Of a DNA stretch of 64,000 nucleotides, positions 50,073-61,968 are shown in pieces (within the stretch, counting starts at the first letter, position 1; each line of letters starts with the position of its first letter). The stretch lies in the NCBI RefSeq assembly GCF_006345805.1, contig NC_042999.1, positions 134,912,001-134,976,000 on the forward strand. Direction: 5' to 3'. This DNA comes from Octopus sinensis. Lineage: Eukaryota. Under the pieces are notes generated by a model. That model made no database searches, had not been told where the DNA came from, and saw nothing but the letters and a program-made list of their open reading frames with translations. The position numbers were made by a program, and so were the translations under genes.

Positions 50073-50479
50073 ACTTGTACATTTTTAGAACAATCAGAGA
50101 ATGTAGAATCTGAAAATCAATCCCAGCATTATCATAGACAACCACATAGCAGCCATTTTGGAATGTCAAAATAGCTACCTTAAAATACATAGTGCTATCT
50201 CCGCTTCTAGAAAATTTAGAAACTTCAGTATGCTAATTCTATGAAGTCTTAATCAAGGGATCCAGTAAAAGCCTCAAAATAAGGACTCTTGTTTATAGAT
50301 AAATAACAAAGCTAATGAAAATCATTGTCCTTATATTTGTTGCATTATATATATTGCAAGTCCTTTGAATTTATAGGTGTGGGTTCTTAAAACAAAAAAG
50401 CAACCGTGTTAGCTATCTGATGTAGATATTACAATAGATCTATTAGGTGTATATCTTTCAGAAATAGTACTTTTTATTG

Positions 50480-51360
50480 ACCTTCATCATTACTGTTAAT
50501 GCCCTTTTTCCGCACTACACTCCGTGGTATTTTCACTGTTACTTCCATATTAACGAAGATCTGTACAAACTAAGTTGTGTCAATTGCATGAACACCTCTG
50601 GGTTGTGCTATTAGCTCTATACAGGTATATATGACCAACTCAACCCTGATTTACAATGCGGATGGAACCTTTGTGTTGGCAGTTAGTATCTAACCATGAT
50701 CATTCTGTTAAAAGCCATATTTTAATGAGTTGAACGGACATTGTCAACTCACAGTGTCTTGACACCAAACTCTACTTTGTATGTGGACACGTTCAACATA
50801 CTTCTCCAAGGAACCAACTGAAGGAGACAATTTGCTGCATTCTACTATGTTTGCCAAACAGATCCCACCTTAGGTCAAGAATGATTTTTGTATGGCTAAT
50901 CTTTGAGCTGTACATTAAGTATACAAAGCTGACCTCTGCATCCTTCAGCTTTTGTGCGAAGCCTAAGCTCTGTGTCAGTTTCATCACTGCTGAGGCAATG
51001 TTCTGGTCTAACTTATGTACAGCTAAAACAATTTGGTTTCGCCTACTGCAGAGAATCTTCTAACATTACTCAGTCAATGCGTAGAAAATCACTAACACTG
51101 CTGCATTGTCTCACAGCCAGCGCACTGTAGATTGGCTCAGTCTTCAGACTGGCATACATCACGGTGTGTTTTGCTGAACACGTCGTAGTATGCGACAGCC
51201 AGAAGCATGACACCTGTATCTGAAGTGAAGAAGACCATCCGTGCGTTGGAAAAGCACTGTCATGCAACTGCTGCTAAACAGATCATCAAAGTATCAGCTT
51301 CCTCTTCAAACTGCTTATTGTGGATGCTTTGTGAGTAGCCTAATGCTGATGTGATCACTA
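50480..51360 (-). mobile_element. Degenerate XPG/FEN1-like nuclease ORF of probable Academ(X)-type DNA transposon
   Basis: Minus-strand EEEADTLMICLAAVA...FFTSDTGVMLLAV (EEADT...S.DTDV..L), VIFYALTE*C (FHALTGCD-like) and LDLRWDLFGK; heavily frameshifted. Confidence 0.5.
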
Positions 51361-51435
51361 ACTCTTGGTAGTTTCTGTTAGTTCTTTGAGTATTGCTGGT
51401 GCAAAAAACTCCGTTAAGGTGAAAAGCCGTTTTGA

Positions 51436-51521
<86 letters not shown>

Positions 51522-52279
51522 ACTGTAAACTGGCATAAAATGTAATATTTTTAAATAAGCCAAAAAATATTTTTGTAATGGTATTCACTTGAAAATAATT
51601 TCTAAAAAATTAAAATATTGTCTGTTTAAAGAAAGCTAAAATATAAATACTGTAAAAATAACTTGTATTTTTGAAATCACATACACTTAAAAATATTTTT
51701 CAAATGATTAAAATATTGTGTTTAATAGAAACATTTACTGTAAAAACAACTCGTATGTTTTCGTTGGCAAGTTAAAATCACTAAAACTTTCGCCCAGGTC
51801 GTGAAGTTTGCCTTCAAAATACAGAAGGCATTGATCATAATGTCTGTAATCGAAACGTTAGAATCTCTTCCCTTTCAGGGTTATGTTATTTTCGGAGTAT
51901 TTTCCCATTATGCACCGTTTTGAGTACTTATAAATACCCTAAAAAAACCATATCTCAGGAATCCGTGGTCCAATTTATACGAAACTTGTTTTATTCCGTT
52001 TGTATTCACACTTCAGAGGTCCCTTAATTCACAGTATTTTCCCATTATGTGCCAGTATAGCTGTATTAAATGATAGACAAGAAAGCAATCAGAAAAGTTG
52101 AGTAGTATATAGATTGGCTTGATTCTAACTTTAGCACAGGTATAAATAAAAGACTCTTGTAACAGAATAATCCTTCTTTCCTCGGCAATATCAGAGATGT
52201 AACATCCTTCTTATTCTGTCTTTACAAATATAGCATCTCCCTCTCTCAAAATAGCCTCTCTCACTTTCTCTCTTTCTTG

Positions 52280-52331
<52 letters not shown>

Positions 52332-52623
52332 TGCCTCCATCGGCCACTAGAAAACTATTAACTTGTTATCGAAGACAAATCTCGACTGAGCCTTAATTCA
52401 CTGTTACTATCTTCCCAGACAACTAATAGTACGCCTTCTACAACAACAATAACAACAACAACAATCAGCGATTCTCTAACAGACCAATTCATCGCAGTTG
52501 TAATAATTCATAACTGTTAATTAAATGCTATGTTAAATACGAACTATGCCTTCCGTCAATTTATTTCAAGAATCCTGAAATTACTATGTCGTCATTCGCT
52601 ACCCACCTTCAAACTTATTACCT

Positions 52624-52853
52624 ATTTCTTTATTGCCCACAAGGGGCTAAACACAGAGGGGACAAACAAGGACAGACATAGGTATTAAGTCGATTACATC
52701 GACCCCAGTGCGTAACTGGTACTTAATTAATCGACCCTGAAAAGATGAAAGGAAAAGTCGACCTCGGCGGAATTTGAACTCAGAACGTAACGGCAGAGGA
52801 AATACGGCTAAGCATTTCGCCCGGCGTGCTAACGTTTCTGCCAGCTCTCCGCC
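52624..52853 (-). mobile_element. SINE family A, full-length
   Basis: Reverse complement of the 1822-2046 unit. Confidence 0.85.
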
Positions 52854-53056
52854 TACCTCCACCAAACTTATTACCAATGTATATTATCAATTACACGGTT
52901 ACAATTGGTTACAAAATGCTTTATCTCTTAAGTTCAAATTGCAGCGTGGTCGAAGCCAAGAATTTAGTGTGAAATTCATGAGAAATGTCAGTTATCTGTA
53001 CTTCCTCAATTAGAAATAGAAAACAGCGCGGGGTTTATTAATATTCAACGGATAAG

Positions 53057-53390
53057 CACGTGTTCGGTCATGTGATGACAATATTTTTGAAGTCACACAC
53101 TAACTCACAAGATATAGAAAAGCTAACTTGTAAAGTAAGATAAATCAAAAATCAAAAAAAAAAAAGAAGATATAAATCATACAAAAGACAGTGAGATATT
53201 GAGAAAGAAAAAAAGTTGAATATCAACTGTTAACTCATAAAATGATTTCTTTTGGCTGATAGCAATAATTTTAAAGAAAAGAACTATTGTTTTCTTTGCA
53301 TGTTTTGTTTTGTTTTCCTATGCCTGTTCACGTGATTCACAAGGAATAACGGAAAATATGTAAAAATGTTTTTTACATATAACGGTGAGA
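53057..53390 (+). repeat. Recurrent motif module, copy F
   Basis: CACGTGTTCGGTCATGTGATGAC 53057, GTGAGA 53191, TCAACTGTTAAC, ATTTCTTTTGGCTGAT, GAACTATTGTTT 53281, TTCACGTGATTC 53327. Confidence 0.6.
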
Positions 53391-53742
53391 TGGTAGCAGG
53401 TCCCGCTCAAGGCGCCGGCAACTCGAGCAGTCACCCGGGGTACCATGTGCAAGGAAGGAGTGACAAAGAAAATTCCCACGACATTCAGCTTCTACAAGCC
53501 GAAGTTCAGCCTGCCCGGGCGTCAGCAACTCTAAGGCCGGAGCTAAATGGTCGGGTTCAAATACTTTGGAGGTCAGCTTTGCTTTTTATCTTTTCGGATT
53601 TGATTCAGTTTAATCAACTGCCGATCTGTGCCAACAGGAAGTGAATGGATTTATATTGTGTAATAGAAACCAAAAATCTTCGGCCAACCGCTGAGGCACG
53701 TGATCTGAATACGCTGCTGTCGTGTCAATATTATCTAACTGC

Positions 53743-54575
53743 AAGGCAGCGAGCTGGCAGAATCGTTAGCACGCCGGGAAAAATGCTTTCGTCTGCCATT
53801 ACGTTCTGAGTTCAAATTCCGCCGAGGTCGACTTTGCCTTTCACCGTTTCGGGGTCGATAAATTAAATACCAGTTACACACTGGGGTCGATATAATCGAC
53901 TTAATCCGTTTGTCTGTCTTTATTTGTCCTTTCTGTGTTTAGCCCCTTGTGGGCAATAAAGAATTTAAACGTTCTGCGTTTAAATTCCACCGAGGTAAGC
54001 TGTGCCTTTCATCCTTTCAGGTTCGATAAATTAAGTATCAGTTGAGCACAGAGATCGATATAACCGACTTAACCTCTTACCGAAATTGCTGACCTTGTGT
54101 CAAATTTTAAAACCATTAATACTATTATTAAGGTGGCGAAGTGGCAGAATCAGTAGCATGTCGGGCAAGATGTTTAGCGGCATTTCGTTCGTCTTTACAT
54201 TCTGAGTTCAAATTCCGACAAGGTTGACTTTGCCTTTCATCCTTTCAGAGTCGATAAAATAAGTACCCGTCGAGCACTGGGGTCGATGTAGACTATCCCG
54301 TTCCACCAAATGTTAGGCCTTGTGCCCTTGGTAGAAAAGATTATTATTAATATTAAGGTGGTGAGCTGGTAGAATCGTTAGCACTTCGGGCAAAACGCTT
54401 TGTCGGAATTCCGTCTGTCTTTACTTTCTGAGTCCAAATTCCACCGCTGTTAACTGTTCTTTTCATCCTTTAGGAGTCGAGAAAATAAGTACCAGTTGAT
54501 CATTGGGGTCAATGTAATCGATTTACATCCCATCCCCGAAATTGTTGGCTTTTTGCCAAAATGTGAAACCAATAT
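53743..54575 (+). mobile_element. Head-to-tail array of four SINE family A units
   Basis: Heads at 53743, 54130 and 54355 plus a 5'-truncated unit at ~53964; the units at 54130 and 54355 start right after ATTATTA tails. Confidence 0.85.
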
Positions 54576-54834
54576 TATCTATTTGTAACACCCTATATCA
54601 ACGGTTCTTAATCAGGGCGGCAGCACCCACTAGGGCGTTGTGAGCTCAAAATGGAGAAGCAAATGCCAAGAGAGCCACAAAGGAGTGGGTGCTGACTATT
54701 TAGAGACTATTTATTTCTCAGAAGCAAAATGAAATAAAATATCAAACCATCTACAATTCTTTTATTCCGGAGATGTACTTGTTTAGCAAGTGAGCTGATA
54801 TGAGACCGTATGTTTAAGCTAAAGCTATTACAGA

Positions 54835-55165
54835 GTGACAGACATAGCCTGGCTCTCCGTCGGTAACGACAACGTGTGTTCCAGTCGATATGATCAACCG
54901 AACAACCAGCTCGTGAAATTAACGCACAAGTGGCTGAGTACTCCACAGACGCGCGTACCCTTTAACGTGGTTCTCAGGGAGATTCAGCGTGACACAGAGT
55001 ATGACAAGGAAGGTTCTTTGAAATACAAGTACTATTAATTTTTGCCATCTGAGTGGACTGCAGCAACATGAAAGTGCCTTGCTCAAGGACACAACGCGCG
55101 GGAAGCGAACCTATGACACTACGATCGTGACCCGAATCCCCTAAACCACTAAACCACGCGCCTTG
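54835..55165 (-). mobile_element. Third tRNA-derived SINE family
   Basis: Minus strand GGCGCGTGGTTTAGTGG (A box), GGTTCGCTTCC (B-box-like), then TGTGTCCTTGAGCAAGGCACTT core and GTCCACTCAG. Confidence 0.65.
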
Positions 55166-55314
55166 ACAGTGAAAGCACAGACTGGCTATTCAAAAACACG
55201 TATAAAACGTATTACGTCTGCGCCTGTAATTCAAAAACAATCTTTGCACGGATTAACATATAAACAGGGCATTGCGTTATCCATAAGCAACAAAATCACT
55301 GATGGTGCACTGGA

Positions 55315-55500
55315 ATCTATATAAATAAAAGTGAGAATGTCTGTCTGTCTCTGTGTATGTGTGCATCACTAAAACTCAAGAACTACCAAACCAATTTCAT
55401 TCAAATTTTACATATGCCTTACTCGGGGTCAATGCAGCGTCATGGATGAACCAAAAACATGTTCAACTTCTTGCCTAATGCGAGCCGGGAGCAATCTCTT
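55315..55500 (+). mobile_element. Possible non-autonomous Helitron 5' end
   Basis: A|TCTATATAAATAAAAGTGAGAATGTCTGTCTGTC start resembles Helitron 5' termini; no 3' CTAG terminus found. Confidence 0.35.
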
Positions 55501-55638
55501 ATCTCTTACACTACTTCAGTATTACGTGTCAAATGTGAAACAATAACATCTCTATTGTAATGTGAAATATTACTTTCACTTTTAATAATGAAACTATTAA
55601 CAGTTTCACTTTGTATGTATGTACATATATATATATAT

Positions 55639-55711
<73 letters not shown>

Positions 55712-55772
55712 TTCCGTTTCTATTACTTTCAATATGACATATTTGTGTATGTATATGTATGTATACGTATGC

Positions 55773-55804
<32 letters not shown>

Positions 55805-55929
55805 ACATATATATGTGTGTGTGTGTGTATATTTGTGTCTGTGTTTGTTCCCCACCACCACCGCTTAGAAACCGATGTTGGTGTGTTTACGTCCCTAGCT
55901 TAGAGGTTAGGTAAAAGGGAGTAAAAGAG

Positions 55930-55966
<37 letters not shown>

Positions 55967-55977
55967 CACACACACAC

Positions 55978-56043
<66 letters not shown>

Positions 56044-56047
<4 letters not shown>

Positions 56048-56949
56048 CTGCATACATCAATGACTGATACATCTGGACACACATCGGGTGTTTCGGGTCT
56101 TTCAACATCATACACTCTCCTCCGGGTGACCCAGCTGGTGCTCATCAGACCCCAGCTTGTGTCCAGATGGCCAGCTAGCTACCCCATGGCTCTCCACTTT
56201 TGATCCACACCCTTCTGGAGACCCTCTCAGCTGCATCTGTGGTACTGCGGATTATCTTCCTCCTTCTCACTCCCTCGATGCTCAAACTGCTGACAGCTCT
56301 GGTCAGGGAACGGGATGCAAAACCCCTGCACCCAACCTCCACTGGGAGACACCTCGCTCTCCAACCAACCCACGTACTAGGAGAGCTTTCTCTCAAAAGC
56401 TTCTTCCAGGCAATCTTCCTATAGGACAGTCAGCTCCAGCAGCACCACTTGCTTGGTGGACTCAGACACAAGGACAATGTCTGGTCGCAGAATGGTGACC
56501 GCAATGTAGCCAGGGATCTTCAGCTGACGCTCAAGATCCACTAGTGGCTGCCAGTCTCTTGCAGATGTTAGGATGCCCACCGATGTTTTTTCTGGCAGGG
56601 GTTGGCTGTTCCCCCGGCTCTGACAAAAGCGATGGTTTTCTTGGAGGGTCGGAACCGCTTCGCCCACACGAGTCCCGCTCTGATGGCTTCAGCGATAGTG
56701 TTAACGACTTGGTCATGCTTCCAGGTACCGTCCTTCTCCAAGTGCCACCGTACAGCAGCTGAGAATGTGTTCCAGGGTACCTTGCTTGGAACACAACGCG
56801 CATGCCGGTGTCTCTGGTATGCCCCATGTGTGCAGATTTGATGGGTTTGGAAGCATTTAAAGAATTTAATGCGGTGAGGCTCAGCATTCCACAGCTCAGC
56901 CCAGGTCACTTTCCTCTCAACCGCATTCTTCCATCTTGTCCAAGGTCCG

Positions 56950-56951
<2 letters not shown>
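56044..56951 (-). mobile_element. HERO-type (restriction-like endonuclease) non-LTR retrotransposon 3' end, embedded in (TA)n
   Basis: CCHC ACALCSKQGTLEHILSCC, then (frameshifted) WKHDQV, RLE motif LRPDIVLVSESTKQVVLLELTV; 3' UTR containing GATGTTGAAAGACCCGAAACACC; (TA)n directly abuts both ends. Confidence 0.82.
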
Positions 56952-57026
<75 letters not shown>

Positions 57027-57337
57027 CGAAAGAAGGTTTGAAAATACAATGCAATTTTAAAAGATGTTTATTTACTTTTCCGGTTTCACTCCTTAGAAAA
57101 ATATTGTCAAAAGTAACATGTAAAAGTTTGGTTGTGTTAATTATTGGTTGTCACAAAATGCTACAATACATATATACAGTCTTTGGTAACAAGAACATGT
57201 TAAGGTCATAAAAAAGTTTAACAAGTTCATAAAAATATTGGGCACAAAATATTACAACATATATATACATTCTCAAGGCAATGTTAAAGATAGTTTCCAG
57301 ATGGAATTATTAAAAAGTTCAGTGGAATATTGGTATA

Positions 57338-57754
57338 CCTGGAAGGACTTGTCCCAAACTTTGGCATCGAGAGTTACACAAATGCCAGAACTGGGCGCCA
57401 CTGCGTGGTGCCAAGGACTCCAAATTTGCCATCAAGATGTAGGACAAGATACTGTGATAGCCTGGGCTTCCGAGGCCCACAGCTCTTCAATATCCTCCCG
57501 AAGAACCTAAGAGACCTGCATGGGGTGGATGCAGATGTCTTTAAAATGAAACTGGATCTCTTCTTGTCAGGTATCCCAGATGAACCAACTTCACGGCAGG
57601 AGGTGCAGATGAGGGCAGCTGCATCGAACTCTCTCATGCACCAAATGGCAGTTGCTAAAAAGCATTCGTGAAGTAAAACCATGTAGCAACACCAAATGGC
57701 GGTGCCCCAGCATGGCCACAGCTCGTGAGCTGAAACTAGAATCAATCAATCATA
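57338..57754 (+). mobile_element. CR1/L2-group LINE 3' end with (ATCA)n tail
   Basis: RGPQLFNILPKNLRDLHGVDADVFKMKLDLFLSGIPDEP is a typical LINE ORF2 C-terminus; 3' UTR GGCGGTGCCCCAGCATGGCCACAGCTCGTGAGCTGAAAC; ATCAATCAATCA tail. Confidence 0.8.
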
Positions 57755-58160
57755 CCGTGGACCAGGTCAGTTTGAACTTACCTACTACCATAATGTAAAC
57801 CTTTTTGAACTCATAATATTCTGTGCGTGTATACCAATATTCCACTGAACTTTTTAATAATTCCTTCTGGAAACTATATTTAACTCGCACTCTATTGTAG
57901 CTATTTCTATTTTTCTTGTTGCTATCTTCATCGTTTTTTTCATAACGTCGGTTGTTAGTTCCACAGGCGGCATTAATTTCAGTGTATTTCCGTCTCTTTC
58001 CAGTAACTTCTCGCATTCCTTCATTTTTCGTGATTCAACCTTTATTTCACGTACTTCCTGTGTTTCCGCGTCTATCCCTTTTTCAGCTGCAGCCGCATAA
58101 CTGTGGCCACCTGCTGGCGTTTTCTCCATTTTTCCCCACAATGGGAAAAAAAACAACAAT
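57755..58160 (-). mobile_element. Probable LINE ORF1 5' fragment, tail-to-tail with the preceding LINE end
   Basis: MEKTPAGGHSYAAAAEKG... charged coiled-coil-like text with a frameshift into ELLKSSVEYWYT; family assignment is inference only. Confidence 0.35.
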
Positions 58161-58214
58161 TCAAAATAACAACAATTTTAACATGACTTACGTCTAACAC
58201 AACAAAAACAACTC

Positions 58215-58580
58215 AAACCGCCTGCAAAAACCAACGCCCGCCAAGGCAACGCCAACATCCTCTCAACGATTAGCCAGAAATGATTTTTAAAATGAGAATA
58301 TCTGAAATGAACTCGACTGCTCTCACAAACGAGAATCCGACCGTTCTCAAAAATTAAGCAAAAAAAAAAAAAATAGGAAAAACAATCCAGAATCTTTGTC
58401 CGGTACCGGATTGATCCCAAAATCTAATTAGTTCATGCCAGTCATGAGATCAAACATCCCTGAAAGTTTCATCCAAATCTATCCAGTGGTTCTTGAGATA
58501 TCTTGTCTACGGACAAACAAGCAAACAAACAAACACGACTGAAAACAATACCTCCGCCTTAACGAAGGCGGAGGTAATAA
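58215..58580 (-). mobile_element. Non-autonomous Helentron/DINE-1-like element, second copy
   Basis: Reverse complement of the 37710-38075 family (CCTCCGCCTTAACGAAGGCGGAGG palindrome at ~58551-58574). Confidence 0.55.
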
Positions 58581-58689
58581 ACCACAACACTAAATTAGCT
58601 TTTTTTTTTATTAAAATAATCATTTTCCGGTTTAAAAGAATTTTTTTACAAATCATGAAGATGGGCGTTTATAAAACGCAGTGGGTACT

Positions 58690-60160
58690 TTCTTCTCAAC
58701 CAACTTTCACTATTCTTTCAATTCTGTCACTCCAGATCAGTGGCAAACTGTCAGTGTCATCCCTCTGTTCAAAAAAGGTGACCGCACATCGCCTGTCAAC
58801 TATCGCCCTGTCAGTCTTACTAGCTGCATCGCCAAACTGATGGAATCCTGTGTCAGAGAAACCCTCTGGAACTTCTGGAAATCTCACAGCCTCATCCAAC
58901 CGTCACAATTTGGATTTATTCCTAACTCTAGCTGCTGTAATCAACTCATCGAGTTTCTTGAGGACATTACTCGAATCACTGATGGCGGCTCCTGGGCAGA
59001 TGTTGTTTACCTGGACTTTGCTAAGGATTTTAATTCTGTGCCACACAAAAGACTTATAGTGAAACTCTCTGCAATGGGTGTAAGAGATGATCTCTATAAC
59101 TTGTTGAAGTCCATTATCGGCTGAAAAGAGGTTGTCACAGTTCTAGGACAGCACTTTTCACCCTATGAGATGACATCTGGTATAGCACAGGGATCTGTTC
59201 TTGGCCCCCTTTTATTTGTTGCATATATTAATGATATAGATGCCAACTTAAAGAATGCCACAGTGCTGAAATATGCAGATGACATCAAGCTGTACCTCGA
59301 AATAAAGAGGACAGATCCTGTATACTATAGATCTTTATTGCAATCAGACCTGGACACAATGCAACAATGGATCATGGACTGGCAACTTATGCTGGCTGTG
59401 GACAAATGTACCACCATGCATTTTGGGAGGGAAAAACCCAGCATCTACTTACTCCCTCCACAACACTAATCTCAAAAAGTCTTCTTGTGAACGTGACCTG
59501 AGCATTATTGTTGACAGCGATTTGCATTGGACAAAACACACTGCTAAAATTGCCAAGGCTGAGGGTGTCTTAGCATCACTTACCAAGTCCTTTGTGAGCC
59601 ACTCTCCGGTTATCTGAGGCTTTATATAGCTATGGTGCGGCCTCACCGGTCTGGAACCCCTATCTTGCCCAGGATATTAATCGTCTGGAAACCGTTCAGC
59701 GAAGTGCAGCCAAAAGAATACCCTCCATCAGGCATTTGCATATTCTGAACACCTTACTTCTCTGAAACTCCAACATCTGGCAACTGACTTGGCAGACACC
59801 CATAAAATTACTAACCATCTTACTAACAATAACTCTGAGCACCTTTTCAAACTCCAGTTGTCTAACACCCGTGGACATGTTTACAAAGTAAGAAAATAGC
59901 ACAGCTCCCATGACTTTCGGAAACATTTTTTCACGCTAAGAGTTGCCAACATCAGTTGTTAGCTGTTGGAGCATTGCATCCTTTAAAACTTCCATGCTTC
60001 CTGAGATTCGCCAACACTACACATGCAAGCATGTATCTGACTCATACACTGTTCACTTTCCAGGCATTTGTTCATTACTGCATATGCTTTACATGCACTT
60101 TTGACAAGTTGTAGTGCACCTGAACACTGTATACAATAATTTCATTATTATTATTATGAT
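58690..60160 (+). mobile_element. CR1-clade LINE, 5'-truncated, covering the RT domain
   Basis: VIPLFKKGDRTSPVNYRPVSLTS, QFGF, VYLDFAKDFNSVPH, SGIAQGSVLGPLLF, YADD; 3' end matches 33240-33760, including the GTGCACCTGAACAC hairpin and ATT tail. Confidence 0.92.
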
Positions 60161-61968
60161 CAAAAACAAATTGTTTCTCTCAATATTTGCTATTCCTTAT
60201 GACATAAATTTTCACATCATTTCAACAAGACATTTTGCATTACAATTGAAGACAACCAGACTTAGGGGTTTTAATAAGATTTATTAATTAAACATAACAT
60301 ATTTCACAAAAAAAAAACAATTTTATACATTCTTATCTTATGATTTAAATTTAATCATTTGCAAAAACTCTTCTCTTTTCTTCTTGAAGTGGTTTTTTTG
60401 CATTTTGTTTTAAATTTTTATAAAAATATTCTTATAATTGAAGGAAGAAAAAGGTGGTCCTTAAACTTTGGGAATCAAAGACATAAAAAATTAACTTGAG
60501 AAGGTAAAAATTATGTGAAAATAATTATTTGATTGACAGCAACTTGAAAAATATCTATGTTAATGCATTTTTATTTTTTTTATTTATGATATGTTTTGTA
60601 AAATAAACGAAAATTTTTATTTTAGTAATGCCTTTTTTGAGGATGTGTGTGTGTGTGTGTGTGTGTGTGGCATGGCTGAATGATAAAGCTATTTACTCTG
60701 CAATCATGAAGTCCAGGATTTAGTTATATTTAGCTAAACATACTGTCACACATGAAATATATATATATATCTCATCATCATCATCATCATTTAGCGTCCG
60801 TTCTCCATGCTAGCATGGGTTATAAAACAAAACTATTCTTTATAACCTAGATCTGTAATATGTAGGAATCAAACAGAAACAAGAAATGATCTTATAGTTT
60901 GAAATGTTAAGCAACATTACAGATTTGCTATGTTCTCAAAGAGTTTGGACAAACGTTGGCTCAACAGCATATTCCCAGATACTTTCAGTTTCCCAGAAAA
61001 GAAGGCCTGAAAAAATAATGAATGAATGAATGAATGAAACAAACAAGCTAACAAACAAACAAAAGAAAGAAAAAAGAAAGAAATGAAAATAAGGAAGAAA
61101 GGAGGAAAGACAAAAGGAAGGAAAGAGAGAGAAAAAAAAAAGAAAGACCATAGTTATCTACAATAAATTGTAAAATGGCTGGTAAACAATAATCTATCAA
61201 ACTCTCTCATTTGTTGATAACTTAATTTCAAGGTCAAGAAGAAGAACTGTTTTAATTCTTCTATGGTTGGAAAGAATCCAACAATTTGGCTTTCTTTGGT
61301 TCTTTCCAGTTCTGATACAAGATTGAGAGACTGAAGAAGAGAGAGAGGCTGATAGAGACTGCTGCTGCTGCATAACTCCATGTCAGCCCCAATCCAGTAA
61401 ACCTATGATTAAAGACATTCTAGATATGATCATTACCATCATTTAGCGTCCGTTTTCTATGCTGGCATGGGTTAGACGGTTTGACTGGAACTCGTACTGG
61501 TTTGGTTTCTATGGCTGGATGCCCTTCCTAACATCAATCATTCTAAGAGTGTAGTGAGTGCCTTTTATATGTCACCAGCACAGGTGGCTTGTACATGTGA
61601 CTGGTACAAGTGCCTTTTAAATATTTTTCTAGATACAGTGTGTAGCACATCATTATCCAATGTGCCTCTTTTTAAAGTGGTACAGATGGTTTGAGAGAGA
61701 TTTGCTATTTGGCTGCTATTTCTTAAACACCAAGCAATCACGTAGAGGAATCTTCATTAGCTTATAATTATAACATATAACAGATGCAAGTATGGCTGTG
61801 TGGTAAGAGGTTTGCTTTCCAACCACATGGTTTCAGATTCAGTTCCACTGCATGGTACCTTGGGCAAGTGTCTTCTAAATACTACAGCCTTGGGCCAACA
61901 AAAGCCTTGTGAGTGGATTTGGTAGATGGAAACTGAAAGAAGCCCATCACATATATACACATATATAA

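Noticed and set aside
56085-56150. CTGATGAG...GAAAC on the minus strand in the HERO 3' UTR as a hammerhead
   Set aside because: Stem II does not close next to the cores and no stem I/III pairing is evident.
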